From positions 62,001-126,000 of the forward strand of contig CM074823.1 in the NCBI GenBank assembly GCA_037447605.1: a DNA stretch of 64,000 bases, written 5' to 3'. The position numbers were made by a program, and so were the translations under genes. The notes below the pieces were generated by a model, which saw nothing but the letters and a program-made list of their open reading frames with translations, was not told the origin of the DNA and did not search any database. Below, in pieces: positions 21,201 to 39,454 of this stretch (the first letter of the stretch is position 1; every line of letters starts with the position of its first letter). The stretch comes from Zygnema circumcarinatum SAG 698-1b. Taxonomy: Eukaryota > Plantae > Zygnematophyceae.

Positions 21201-23549
21201 TTTTTTTTTTTGTCTTTTGTTTGTTTTTTTTTTTTTTTGTTTTTTTGGTTTATTTTTTTAGACTGTTGGCGACCACACTCGTGGCTGCGGGTGTGTGAGT
21301 CTAAGCCTGAGGTTGCTTACAACAATCGTAGTCTTACTGTATTCCTGAAGAGTTATTTAACCGGAGTATGCAGGATACATATGGCGCCGTTTTCAGATGA
21401 ATACCTCTATATTGAAATTGCAAATAAGGTAATATATCTCTGCCTTGTAAGTGGCATTTCATTGAGCAACCAATTGTGAATACTTTTTTCGATTCATGAA
21501 CTTTTTAATTGACAGTCTTTGAAAACTGGCAAATGTTTCTCAAACATGTTGGGGTACGCACTTTCTGTTTTTCTTTCACTGTTCTGTGGCATTTAAAGAC
21601 TGCACCTTCGGTTACGCTGCAGGCCTTGTTTTGGCAGCAACCTAGCTACTACGGGGTCGACCTTACTCCACTGCACAGCGATGCATTTAAGGGCTATTTT
21701 GCTCAGGCAAGTCTCTCTTGTGCCAATTCGTGTCTCCGCTTTGCCATACTTGCCACACCCTGTAGGCATGAGGAAACATCCCACGACGGTGGGAATGTAC
21801 TCTTCAAGATTCTGTCGTATGATTATTTGTTTTCACAACTTTTGCGTTGTGGTTAGTTATGTGCAGCTTTCCTTGTTTGGAAATTGTCCTTATGCTTCTG
21901 TTGTGCCACTGCCTACAGCCAGTCGTGGATGCCTTCGATCCCAGGTTTCTAATTGCGCCGGGCATCACTCATACGATAGACTTTTCTTCAGCGAAGGTAC
22001 CCTCTAATGATGACACAAAAAGTTTTCTGCCCTCCGTTAACCTCTATCACTTCATCGTATTCTGATGGGTTTTCTATCATTCCCGGTTTTGGTCAACCTG
22101 GGCATTGCTCAACGGACCTCTGCACTCTGGGAGGGGCTGCGAGAGCTGGTCTGTGAGGTGTGTCTGTAGTTTCTTTGCTTATGCATTAGTGGTCCATTAG
22201 TGGTCAAAACGCGCTGCGTTTGCATGTGGCTAGCTTCTAGCATCATGGAGTAATAATGACATCTAAAAGTAAAGACGTTGATCTTGTCATGTCAAATTCA
22301 TGCGGTGGGAGGTGCGTTAGAACTGTTTGAACCCTTGATCTTGTTGGCGTTTGCATTTCCTTAATGTTGGAGTAGCTCCTGATCATATCTCTTTTATGTC
22401 GAACTTGTAGGTGGCTTTTCATTTCTCACAAGCTTTTCCTGCGCATGTTTGATTTTTGTGGCAGGAAGATGATCTCTTTGAAATTGATATTCCACTGAAC
22501 TTTAAAGCAGCAATGGCAGCGAGGGTGCATGGCCTCGCTTGCTGGTTTGATGTGCTCTTCAATGGCAGGTACAGTTATTAGAATGAACTTTGGCTGCCGC
22601 TGTAAATGCCTCAAGACATTCGCAATGTTTGGGGGATCATTTACAGAATGTTGTTCGTTCAAACAAACGCTATGAGCGTAGGTGCGTGTATGGCTGCCCT
22701 GCGTAGTTTGCTTCTAGTATTCTTTTTGTGGTTGAAAGTCATAGCTATCGGGTATGGTCTCGTGGGCCCGTCGTGTTATTGTTTGCATGTTTGTTATGGA
22801 CAGATAGCCGTGTCTGGACAGCTGCTTCAAACATTTCACGTCCTTATGTAGGAGAAGAAGTTGCTCTGAGCGTGGTATGTTCAACACGAACCGTTCGTGT
22901 TTGTGTCTCCGCTGTGAGCTTATCCATCTGCATGTGCTGCGAGTGCAGCACGGTCCCGCGGTGGCTGTCGACGGCTCCGGGTTCGCCCACCACGCACTGG
23001 TATCAGCTGCGCTGCGTCTTGGCGCAGCCCCTGCACGTGCTGGCGGGGCAGCAGCTCACGGGCCGTATGCGCCTTTCGGCGCACAGCGCGCAGAGCTACA
23101 CTATCGACCTCACGCTCTCAGGTTCCCTCCCTTCCCTCCCTTCCCTCGCTTCCCTCCCTTCCCTCCCTTCCCTCCCTTNNNNNNNNNNTCCCTCCCTTCC
23201 CTCCCTTCCCTCCCTTCCCTCCCTTCCCCGCCAAGGCAAGGCAAGGCAAGGCTCACAGCGTCTCATTTCGTGAGGATGTGCTTAGCTTGGCCCTCCATAA
23301 CGAGTGGGTTCCAACGTGGGCGGCCTGCAGGCGTTCAAGGCGGAGTGGTGCAGACCACCTCAGGCCGCCTCGACCTCAAAGAACCGTACTACCGCATGTC
23401 CCAGGGAGCAGCCTACAACTGGGCTCAGGAGCAGCAGGTAGGGTACTCGCGTCCTCAGGAGCACGGCTTGCTGTGCACTGCTGGGAAGATGCACTTCAGC
23501 ACAAGTGAGGTTGATGGATGCCCCTGGAATGTTTAATGCAGGCTCAGCC

Positions 23550-23589
<40 letters not shown>

Positions 23590-23808
23590 CAACAGCAGCA
23601 GCAGCAGCAGCTCGCCCAGCAGCAAATCCCTTTGCAGCATCTTTTGCAGCAGCAGTTTCAACAGGAGCAGCTCCTGCAGCAGCATCAGCAGCAGCAGGCG
23701 CTCCTCCAGGCGCACGTGCAGGGGGCGGTGGGAGCAGAGGCAAGTGTGCTAGGGCCACAGCCTCCGAAAATCTACGAGAAGCCGCAGGCCTACTGGCCGC
23801 ACCAATGA
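18235..23808 (+). CDS. PRMT4: Type I protein arginine methyltransferase PRMT4/CARM1, 15 exons, with C-terminal polyglutamine tail
   Basis: Exons give [116 protein letters not shown] and LDLKEPYYRMSQ, colinear with plant PRMT4a/b. The intron at 21707-21918 is GC-AG. Confidence 0.96.
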
Positions 23809-24321
23809 CGCCTATGCTTCCCGCCCCCCACTCGGGGAGTCTGTACCGCTTCATAAGGCTTTCTATATAGCAGTTTCTGTTGCAGGGTGGACGAAAGGAC
23901 CTGTCCTGTGCATCTGAGTAAAGGAGGTTGACGCTCTGGCGTTCCTGCGGATCCGCTTAGCTTTTAGGGGAGTGAGTAGTCGGTAACCCGTTTTGATTGT
24001 CCGTCCATGGGCGGGTTTCCGTACATAAGGGAACTAGGTTTTAAGTTGAAATAAAGGGGGGTGCGCGAGCTCGAGCCTGTCTGTGCGTCTCCTTTCCACT
24101 GCCCACAGCAGTCACCTTCTCTGAGCCTCTCCGAATGGCGCCGTTCAAAGAAACGATTTTTCAAGCGAACTCTGCCCGTCGCTGCCCTAAAAATGAAAGT
24201 GCCTGATGTGAGAGAGGGCGAGGGTGCCTCACTGTGGAAATATTAACGCGAAAAAAAGTCGCAGCGGGACGCAATTCACGGTGCCCTCCGCTGGCCGTCC
24301 GTCCGCGCATCGCGCCGGCAC

Positions 24322-24369
24322 GAAGTGACCGTTGGACCCCGCCCCCTGACACGCCCCAACGGTCACTTC
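24322..24369. promoter_or_regulatory. Inverted pair of MSA (mitosis-specific activator, MYB3R-binding) elements upstream of kinesin-13
   Basis: GAAGTGACCGTTGG-(20 nt)-CCAACGGTCACTTC; each arm contains a full YCYAACGGYYA match. Confidence 0.55.
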
Positions 24370-24606
24370 TGCAGCGTACGTGGCGTCCAGCGATCGGCCG
24401 TCCCATCCGCCACGTGTCACTGTCGCGTCCGCCAAGTGGCGGAGCGCCCCCCGGTCCGTCCAGGCCGTACGTTCCGTACGTAACAGAACGCTGCGCATGG
24501 AGCGGATGACAGCTGCAGCCGCCGCCCAGAGCCGGTTGGCGCCATAAAGGGCCGTTGCGGGTCAAACGGCGGTCAACGCGCGCGGCTGAACGGGGCGGCC
24601 GGCAAA

Positions 24607-24667
24607 CCAAACTGAACCGAACCGAACCGGAGCTGGTTCGGAACCGGTTCGGTCCGGTTCAGTTAGG
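24607..24667. repeat. AACCG/CGGTT-rich inverted repeat (hairpin/cruciform)
   Basis: ccaaactgaaccg...cggttcagttagg arms match at 12/13, with internal aaccgaaccg and ggttcggaaccggtt. Confidence 0.7.
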
Positions 24668-25304
24668 CTCGGATTGCGGATTAGCAACCGGCGATTTGAA
24701 GCTCGCGGGCGGGCGGGCGGCAGGACAATCGAAACTGCGCGGTTTGGGGGCGAGCCGTTGGAGCGGAGAGAAAACTGCGCGGACTGAACCGCGCGCCTGC
24801 TGCGCGGTTTGGGTCATTCCGACGGCTCCAAGGATTTCAAAGTCGAGCCCTGAACGTTGAAGGCCAGCGGTCGGCGGAAGGGAGAGGGAGAGGGGGAGTG
24901 GGAGAGGAGAGGGAGAGGGGAGGGAGGGCGAGGGGAGAGAGGAGAAGAAGGAAGTGAAAACGGCGCCATGGCATTCTGCTCAGCGGCGATGTTGGGAAAA
25001 CTGCATGCGTGAGGACGCAGGGAGCAGGTCATGACATGACATGACATGACTCCGGGCCAGAGTTTGGATGCCTGAAGGGAAGCGGTCGGCTCTTGGAACG
25101 AATCAGACTTGGCAAGAGCAGGGGTGAGAGAGGGCGGAGAGAGCGGAAGGGAGGGTAGGGCGGCCTATACATCTCCGCGCAGAGTTGGCAGGGCTTCAGT
25201 GCTCCCGCCGTACCGGCAAGTCAAATCATCTGTTAGAACGCAACAAAGCATTGCAGAAAGGGTATTTCTTTTGTTAATATTTAGAGAGCAGCGAGAGAGC
25301 AGGG

Positions 25305-31924
<6,620 letters not shown>

Positions 31925-32431
31925 TGGATGGGGGGTGGGTGGAAGAACGCAAAGCGAAGACTTTTGCCTTGGTTTGAGTAATCGTGTTGACCTATTGGTC
32001 AAGTGAAGTCCTAGTCAAGTCAATAGACGACATTGGTCACATCATACATATTTTATACGACGACAGACGGTCGCTTCTTCCCTCTTTTTTAATCCTTTCT
32101 TCATTTATAAAAGGCCGCCTACTGTCCGTACAATGTGCAGAGAGAGCGTGCAACTGCCTACTGCTGCTGGTCGTTGAATTACCTGAACGAAAACTATAGC
32201 GAATAATACCAATGTACTGCGGCAATGAACAGGCGATACAAAAGCCTCATTGTGTACTCTTCACTGATCAAGTGAAAGAAATAAAGAAAACAATCATAAT
32301 AAAATGTCGTCAACGCAAATTTCGATTTTGAGGGCCTCGAATAGAATTTGCTTTCCCCGTCCACATTCTGCACTCCTAAAACTGCAAACAGGAGCCGTGA
32401 CGCGACGCCCTCCCGTCCCCGATGAATCATC

Positions 32432-33518
32432 TCACTGCTCCCCGCCCCGCCCCGCCTCCGCCACGTGTCAGCAAACCAGAGGAGAGACAGAAAAGCATGA
32501 GCATGTGATATGCATGCACGCATGCATGCAGGAGGGGAGGCAAAGGTGCAGACATGCATGGAAGGTCCCGCGTCCTCCCTCTCACCTTCCACTTGAACCG
32601 TTTGCCAAACTTGCCTCCGAACATGCCCTTGCCCTTGAAGAACCTCTTGCCTTTAAAGAAGCCCTTGCGCTTCTTGTGCTTCTTGTGCTTATAGTGGCCG
32701 TGGGAGGGACCCCCAATTACTACCGTCGCCGCTGAACCCAAACCTCACATGGTGAAATCTAACATCAAAAATCCACACACCAAAAAAAAAAAAAGCACTG
32801 TAAAAGAGAGAGGGTGGTCGCCCTCTCCCTATCCCTCTCATAAACGAGACAATCACGTCAAAATCATCTCCATCGCATATGAACAAGAGGGATCTTACGT
32901 CAAATAAATTCCTTAAATTACGAAAAAATCGTGTGGAACCTGTAGTGTCGAAATCTGTGCCGTAAGATAGCCCGCTCCAGTATGCAATGGCCAACGTGAA
33001 GAAAAGCATGACAGCAAAAGGATGTCCGACCTAACCATGGCCGCGAAAAGGCGAAGGATGTGAAGGATAAACTCAGAAGACTTCGCGCACAACAGACCAC
33101 TCACAAGCACTGACACATTCACTTCTTCCAGAGGCCCCCCCCCGGTCTCCTCCTCATTCCTCCCCATTCTCTAATTCACGCCTCCCTCCCTCTCCCTCCT
33201 CTCCAATGTCTCAACCCTCGCACCCCCCCTACCCAACAAAGAAGAAGCACAGAGAAGAGCAGTGCACTGACGCGGCGGATACTGCGAATAGCCGGCCGGC
33301 GGGTAGCCGGCTGGCGGATAACCGGCCGGCGGATAGCCGTAGCCGGGAGCGGGCGGGGGGTAGCCTGCCGGCGGATAACCGGCCGGCGGGTAACCGGCCT
33401 GCGGGTAACCAGGCGGGGGATAACCGGGCGGGGGGTAGCCATAGCCGGGAGCGGGGGGTGGGTAGGCGCCGTAGCCCGGCGGGGGCGGGTAGCCGTAGGG
33501 CGGCCGGCTCGGATCCAT
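32432..33518 (-). CDS. Glycine/proline-rich protein (GPRP/XYPPX-like); exons 33518-33272, 32731-32586, 32434-32432 (stop only)
   Basis: MDPSRPPYGYPPPPGYGAYPPPAPGYGYPPPGYPP... joins in phase 1 to PATVVIGGPSHGHYKHKKHKKRKGFFKGKRFFKGKGMFGGKFGKRFKWK|GT, followed by GAGCAG|TGA. The His/Lys-rich ...KWK* end is typical of plant GPRPs. Confidence 0.8.
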
Positions 33519-33784
33519 GGCGGAGGGAGGGAGGGGAGGGAGAGAGGAAGGGCTGCCCTCCCTCGATAAAGTCAACGCCTCCGCGAGATCGATGCCGAAC
33601 AATTCTGCTCGTCGGGATGTGTGACGGGGAGCGATATGTGGAATGTGCTGCAGATGGCCGTATCTGCGTTGCTCATTCAGCTCGGTCGGTCAGGCTCTGA
33701 CGCCGTGACGTGACGTGACGTGACGTGACGCGTCACGGCCGCCCGCCAGAGCCCGCACTAGCGGACGCATTTCGAATTGGTCGC

Positions 33785-34458
33785 GGACGGACGGACGGAC
33801 GGACGGACGGACGGACGGACGGACGGACGGACGGACAGAACGGAATGGAATGGAATGGAATGGAATGGAATGGAAATGGAATGGAATGGAATGGAATGGA
33901 ATGGAATGGAATGGAATGGAATGGAATGGAATGGAATGGAATGGAATGGAATGGAATGGAATGGAATGGAATGGAATGGAATGGAATGGAATGGAATGGA
34001 ATGGAATGGAATGGAATGGAATGGAATGGAATGGAATGGAATGGAATGGAATGGAATGGAATGGAATGGAATGGAATGGAATGGAATGGAATGGAATGGA
34101 ATGGAATGGAATGGAATGGAATGGACAGACGGGCAGAACGGACGGACGGACGGACAGAACGGACGGACGGACGGACAGAACGGACGGACGGACGGACGGA
34201 ACGGACGGACGGACGGACGGAACGGACGGACGGACGGACGGAACGGACGGACGGACGGACGGACGGACGGACGGACGGACGGACGGACGGACGGACGGAC
34301 GGACGGACGGACGGACGGACGGACGGAACGGACGGACGGAACGGACGGACGGACGGACGGACGGACGGACGGACGGACGGACGGACGGACGGACGGACGG
34401 ACGGACGGAACGGACGGACGGAACGGACGGACGGAACGGACGGACGGACGGACGGACG
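33785..34458. repeat. Compound microsatellite (GGAC)n-(GGAAT)n-(GGAC/GGAAC)n upstream of the GPRP gene; (GTGAC)n at 33708-33732
   Basis: Read directly; the (GGAAT)n core spans ~33841-34123. Confidence 0.97.
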
Positions 34459-35017
34459 GCGCCCGAGGGGTGAAAAAGTTTGCGAGGGTTCAAAACCACA
34501 TCCGCCAATCCATCCATCCAACAGACTCGGTTTGCAACTTTCGGATTCAACCGTTTTTGTTCTAATTTAGGGTCAAGGGCTAAAACAGGGGAGAATGTGG
34601 CATTGATCTCACGATGGCGGTGATGCCATCAAATGTCGGAAATAATACAGGTCCTGACAACACTTCTGCGCTGCGACACTAACCATCCTCGCGAGCCTAC
34701 CTCGAGCGCCACGAGTTTGCAATTCCGACAACTGAACACCAAAAGGGCATAATATAAACCTCGAGCATAGAGCATGCAACTCTCAACGTCCAGCGGACGG
34801 CGTTCTTGCATGCGCTAACGCCACATCAAACTGAACGGATCACGCCCCGCATAGACATGAGTGGCGCGTCGTGACAGCCCCCCCCCAACCCCTCCCAAGG
34901 TTCAACATGAAACCACGCGTCCCCCCGCACACAAGTTTCGGAATCTCTTGTTCAACTCTCCCTTGCAGGAAGCGGAGGAGGTCGCAGGGAGACTTTGAAC
35001 TCCGGTGAAAGGTTCCT

Positions 35018-38000
35018 TTACTGCACACCCACAAGCCCCTCTTCACACTTGTCAACAAACAATTTCATCCCAAAAAAGGGGGGAGGGGAGAAGGGGGGGG
35101 GGGGGGGGAAGGGGGAGGTCGATGGAAGTACCCCGAGTCTCGAGTAATACGTCATTTTTTTGTGAAAAAACGCAAAACTAGCTCATCCAAAAGCCCAAAC
35201 CATCGTTCGAACAGAAGCGACTGAATGTCTTTTAAGTGGATTTTCCGCACACCTTCCACTTGAAGCGCTTCCCAATCTTGAACTTGAAGTGCCCCTTGTG
35301 CTTCTTGTGCTTGTGCTTGCCATGGTGCCCTCCTATCATAACCACAGGCGCTGCCGACCACACCCCAAACCCACTCTGAGTCCACTACACATATACATTC
35401 TACCTATCACAGCTGTACGGACACTCATCCATAGGTTCAAACCCAAGTATCCAATAACACCGGAAACCTCTCCCTCTCTCTCCACCCTCTCTCCCTCCCC
35501 CCCCTGGCTACCCTCACCTCCCTAACCACTCACCAGGAGGATGGTAAGCTCCATGGGTGGGTGCTGGATACCCAGCAGGAGGATACCCATGACTCGGATA
35601 TGCCCCATGGGTGGGGGCAGGGGGGTGCCCATAGCCTGGCTGGGGGTACCCCCCATAGCCTCCTGCTTGGACAGGGTAGCTGGGAGGAGGGGGGTGATAG
35701 GAGGGAGGGGGAGGGGCACTGTGACCCTGAGGGGGTGGGTAAGGTTGAGGGGGAGCATGGGCTTGGGGAGGAGGATGGGACTGGGGGGGAGGGTAGGGTT
35801 GGGAGGGAGAGTGAGTGTTAGGGGGGGGGTAGGGAGGGTAGGCAGCCGCAGGGGGGTAGTGGCTCGAGCTTCCTCCCGCATGGGGGGCGGAGGGATATGC
35901 CGGCATGGGGGGGGCGGAGGGTGCATATTGAGCTTGCCTCTGCAGCGATGGGAGGAGGGAGGGAAGGGAGAAGGGGTGAGAGAGGAAAGACAAAAAGTTC
36001 AAACGTTTCTGAAATTTACGGTAGTCTGTATACGTCTTTACTTCAAATTTTCACAAGTTTTAAATTCCTCGGGAAAGTGTATGTGCTCCAACTGGCAAGA
36101 GACTGGTTAGTTTGGTCAGCAAATATCCACGAGTGGATGAAAAGACATGCGATGGGTCCACATGCAGTGGAGCAATGGCCGGCAACTCACAGCGGGAGGG
36201 TACTCTATGAGAAGGCGGACATCTCCCTTCTTCCTGCCGCCCACACGTGGGAGGAAAAAGAATTCAGAAGAGAAGACAGAAAAGAGGACGATCTTGAATA
36301 GAGAATGCAGGAGGGAAGGAGTTGATGGAGAGTCGGGGGGAGGGAGAGGGAGAGACAGTGCATGAGGTGTGGACGGAGAACGGAGGGGAGACAGACACAG
36401 GGATAAGAATAAGGACAGGAGGGAGTGAGAGCGAGGGAGAGAGAGGGAGAGGGAGAGAGAGGAGAGGAGCGGAGAGAAAGACGAATCCTTTGACAACACT
36501 CACTTTTGCTTTGAAGTATAAAGCGGCTCGGTCCTGTCTTCAAAGCCGACCTGAAGCACTCGGCTGAAGTTTACTCTGCAACACGAGCAGGCACAGCAAA
36601 AGCACGAGGTTCAAAAACAAGAAAACCAAAAAAAAATTGCATGAAAATGGGCTGCCAAAAACAATTCACTCTCTCTACTCTCTTCTATTCTATTCTCTTT
36701 ATCCCNNNNNNNNNNCCCCCCCCCCCCCCCCCCCCCCCCATCCTCCAACTTCGCCCCACCCCAGCACCTGAGGAATCTCCACCTCAAACAAAATAGCTGA
36801 CAGCAAGTTTAGTCATCCTAAGCATCCCCTTTTGCAGGCCATGACGTCAGCCCTACTTCAGGGGGTCCTGCCCACCTCGTGCTGCCGATGAGCCGGTCAA
36901 CGCCGACATTTTCGTTCCAAACGACGACGGAAAATTCCATCACACCCGGAACGAGCTGCAGAGTAAACTTGTCATTGAAGGCGGGGTGTGTTCCTCCATC
37001 TGCAAAGGAAAAAAAACGGGTAACTTTGCTTTAAGAAAAAGCTTGAGAAGGACTCCACAGGTACACTTCTCCCTTTCCCTGAAATCTCAAAGTAAGGATA
37101 TTGAACGGATAGAACGCCTCCACCTAGTAACACAGGCTTTCAGCATTTCGCGAATTCATAAAGCAAATGGCATTGTCCTCAACCACACGTACTCCAAAGC
37201 AAAAGTTAAAAAGTAAAATTTGCCGACTCGTTCCAGCTGAAACGAGAGGACATGCCTTACAAATCGCAGAAAATAGAGAACACATTTACCTTTCGCTGTT
37301 CGAGTTTTATGTTTGTGGTTGGCGTATTCCACGATCACATACGGATCTTGCTGAGTAAACGTTTCCGTGTCCTTCAGGTCCCGGCATCCCAGCACTGCAG
37401 AGAGGCGAGGGAGGGAGGGAGAGAGAAGGTGAAAGGGGGGACGAGAGGGAGAGGGGGAAAGCAAGGGGGAGGAAAGATGGTAAGAACGAGAGGGGGAGGG
37501 AGAGAGGAACAGGGAGAATGGTGGAGGAGATAGGTTTCAGTAGGACGCGGCAAGAAATTCGACATATAGGACGGTAAGAGTGGAAATGTGAGGTTGCGGG
37601 AGAGGGGAGTGGAGGAGAGAAAGGACGGAGAATTAATGAAGCATGGCGAGAAGCGAAGAAGGAGACAGAGAGACAGAGAGAAATAAACACGGAATAATAA
37701 AAAAAAAGTAATAAGGGACAGAGAGGTAACAAAATAAGAGAACAAAACGATGCACCAATCAGAGACATTCCCAGCAGCGTCTGCCTGCCTCTCCTTTCCC
37801 CAGTCCAAATCTCCTCCTTCACGTCTGCCTCACTGTCCCTCCCTTCTCCCCTGCTCACTTCCTTTTCACCCCCTCCCTCCCTGCTCATTTTATCCTCCTG
37901 TTGCCTTCTTCCCTTTTCCCGGCCCTATCCATCCCTCTTCCTCATTCACTCTCTCCTTCCCCCTCCCACTCTCCCTCCCCCACTCCCGCTTTCTTCCCCT

Positions 38001-38191
38001 TCCTCTCCCTCCCTCCCTATCATCCCACCCCTCCCGCTCTCCCCTCCCACTCCTCCCTCTTTCCCCACCACGCCCTCCCCTCCTCTCCCTCCCCCTCCCT
38101 CGCCTCCCCCTCCCTCTCCTCCCCCTCCCTCCCCCTCCAGCGCCGGCTCCGCCCGCTTGCCTGAGACGACGATGTAGCCCTGGCCCGCCAT
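35018..38191 (-). CDS. C2-domain (CaLB-type) protein with Pro/Tyr-rich region and GPRP-like His/Lys tail; exons 38191-38161, 37394-37290, 36999-36876, 36575-36504, 36233-36191, 35939-35534, 35350-35253, 35020-35018 (stop only)
   Basis: MAGQGYIVVSVLGCRDLKDTETFTQQDPYVIVEYANHKHKTRTAKDGGTHPAFNDKFTLQLVPGVMEFSVVVWNENVGVDRLIGSTR is a C2 fold like plant CaLB proteins. All phases close, and intron 1 has a GC donor. Confidence 0.87.
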
Positions 38192-38922
38192 GGCCGTGCG
38201 CCTCCTCCTTCCCTCGGCCTCCCTCGCTCTTAAGGAGGCCTCCGGCCTAACGCGCTTGTCACATGTCGCAGTCCGCAGTAGCGTGGAAAGGCCCGTTTCC
38301 ATGCCCGTCACGCCGCGCGGAACTGGATGGCACATGGCGCAAATACCGTAAAGCTGGCCGATCGGAACATATTAAAAAGTAAAATAAACATTTACATTGT
38401 CACTTCCTCAATAATAGGGGAGTCAGACATTGACCATCGGGCACTAAATTCCCGAATTCCTTATACTAAAGTCAATTCTTTCGTGTACGAATTCCGGGTC
38501 GGGATCCCCGGCTCTGCCGTACCCAGCCGTACTGAAATGCGTACCTAGCCAATGCTTAATTCGCCCGACAGGCATACTAAATTGATTAGGCGATGGTCAA
38601 TGTCTCCCTCTTCAGAATTTCTAATTGCATTCGCGGCAGTTTGCCAATAATGTGACAATCCTTATTTTCTCGCTCAATTCAAAACTTCCACCGCGGCAGT
38701 TGAACACGTCAAACCAACCGCACAGGTCCGCCCCCTTGACCGCTCTTGACCGCTCTTGACCGCTCTTGACCGCCAGCCATCCGTACAAGGTAAAACCGCG
38801 TTGCGCCCTCGAGCAACCGCCCGCCACGTGCCGCCCTCCGGGCGCGACAACGACAAGGACGTGCGCGGACGGGAGATAGCGGGACTCCGCTTCTGCTCAC
38901 ACGTGGGGGACACGCGTGGTGC

Positions 38923-39147
38923 CATCCACCCATCCACCCATCCATCTATCCATCCATCCATCCATTCATCCATCCATCCATTCATCCATCCATCCATCCA
39001 TTCATCCATCCATCCATCCATCCATCCATCCATCCATCCATCCATCCATCCATCCATCCATTCATCCATCCATCCATCCATCCATCCATCCATCCATCCA
39101 TCCATCCATCCATCCATCCATCCATCCATTCACCCATCCATCCATCA
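38923..39147. repeat. (CATC)n microsatellite; (CTTGACCGCT)x4 at ~38735-38772
   Basis: Read directly. Confidence 0.95.
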
Positions 39148-39454
39148 ATCACCAACGGCCGCTTGAGCGAAAAAAAAAAATGCTTGAATCAACGCCCTGC
39201 GGACGGTCCGGATGGATCCATTGGAGCCGCTGCCGGTCCGTTGGATTCGCGCCGCTGCCGACTAAGGGATGTACAGTTGTCCGTGCAAGCGACTTTTTAG
39301 AGTTTCAGATTTCAGAATTATAACGTTCTAATATCTAATTTTCTGAGTTTTAGAACACTTTTATAATTTTCGTAAGACCACTGAGATTGAACATCCACCA
39401 ACTTGAATGACGCTGGCGCTGACCGTACATTTCAGCCGTACGAGCATACAACGG

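Noticed and set aside
33670-33702. tRNA A-box-like string (cagctcggtcggtcaggctctga)
   Set aside because: There is no T-arm/B-box or cloverleaf; it runs into (GTGAC)n.
33690-34570. MEWNG/IPFHS/RPSV repeat ORFs
   Set aside because: They are translations of the (GGAAT)n/(GGAC)n array, open in most frames, with no splice or codon support.
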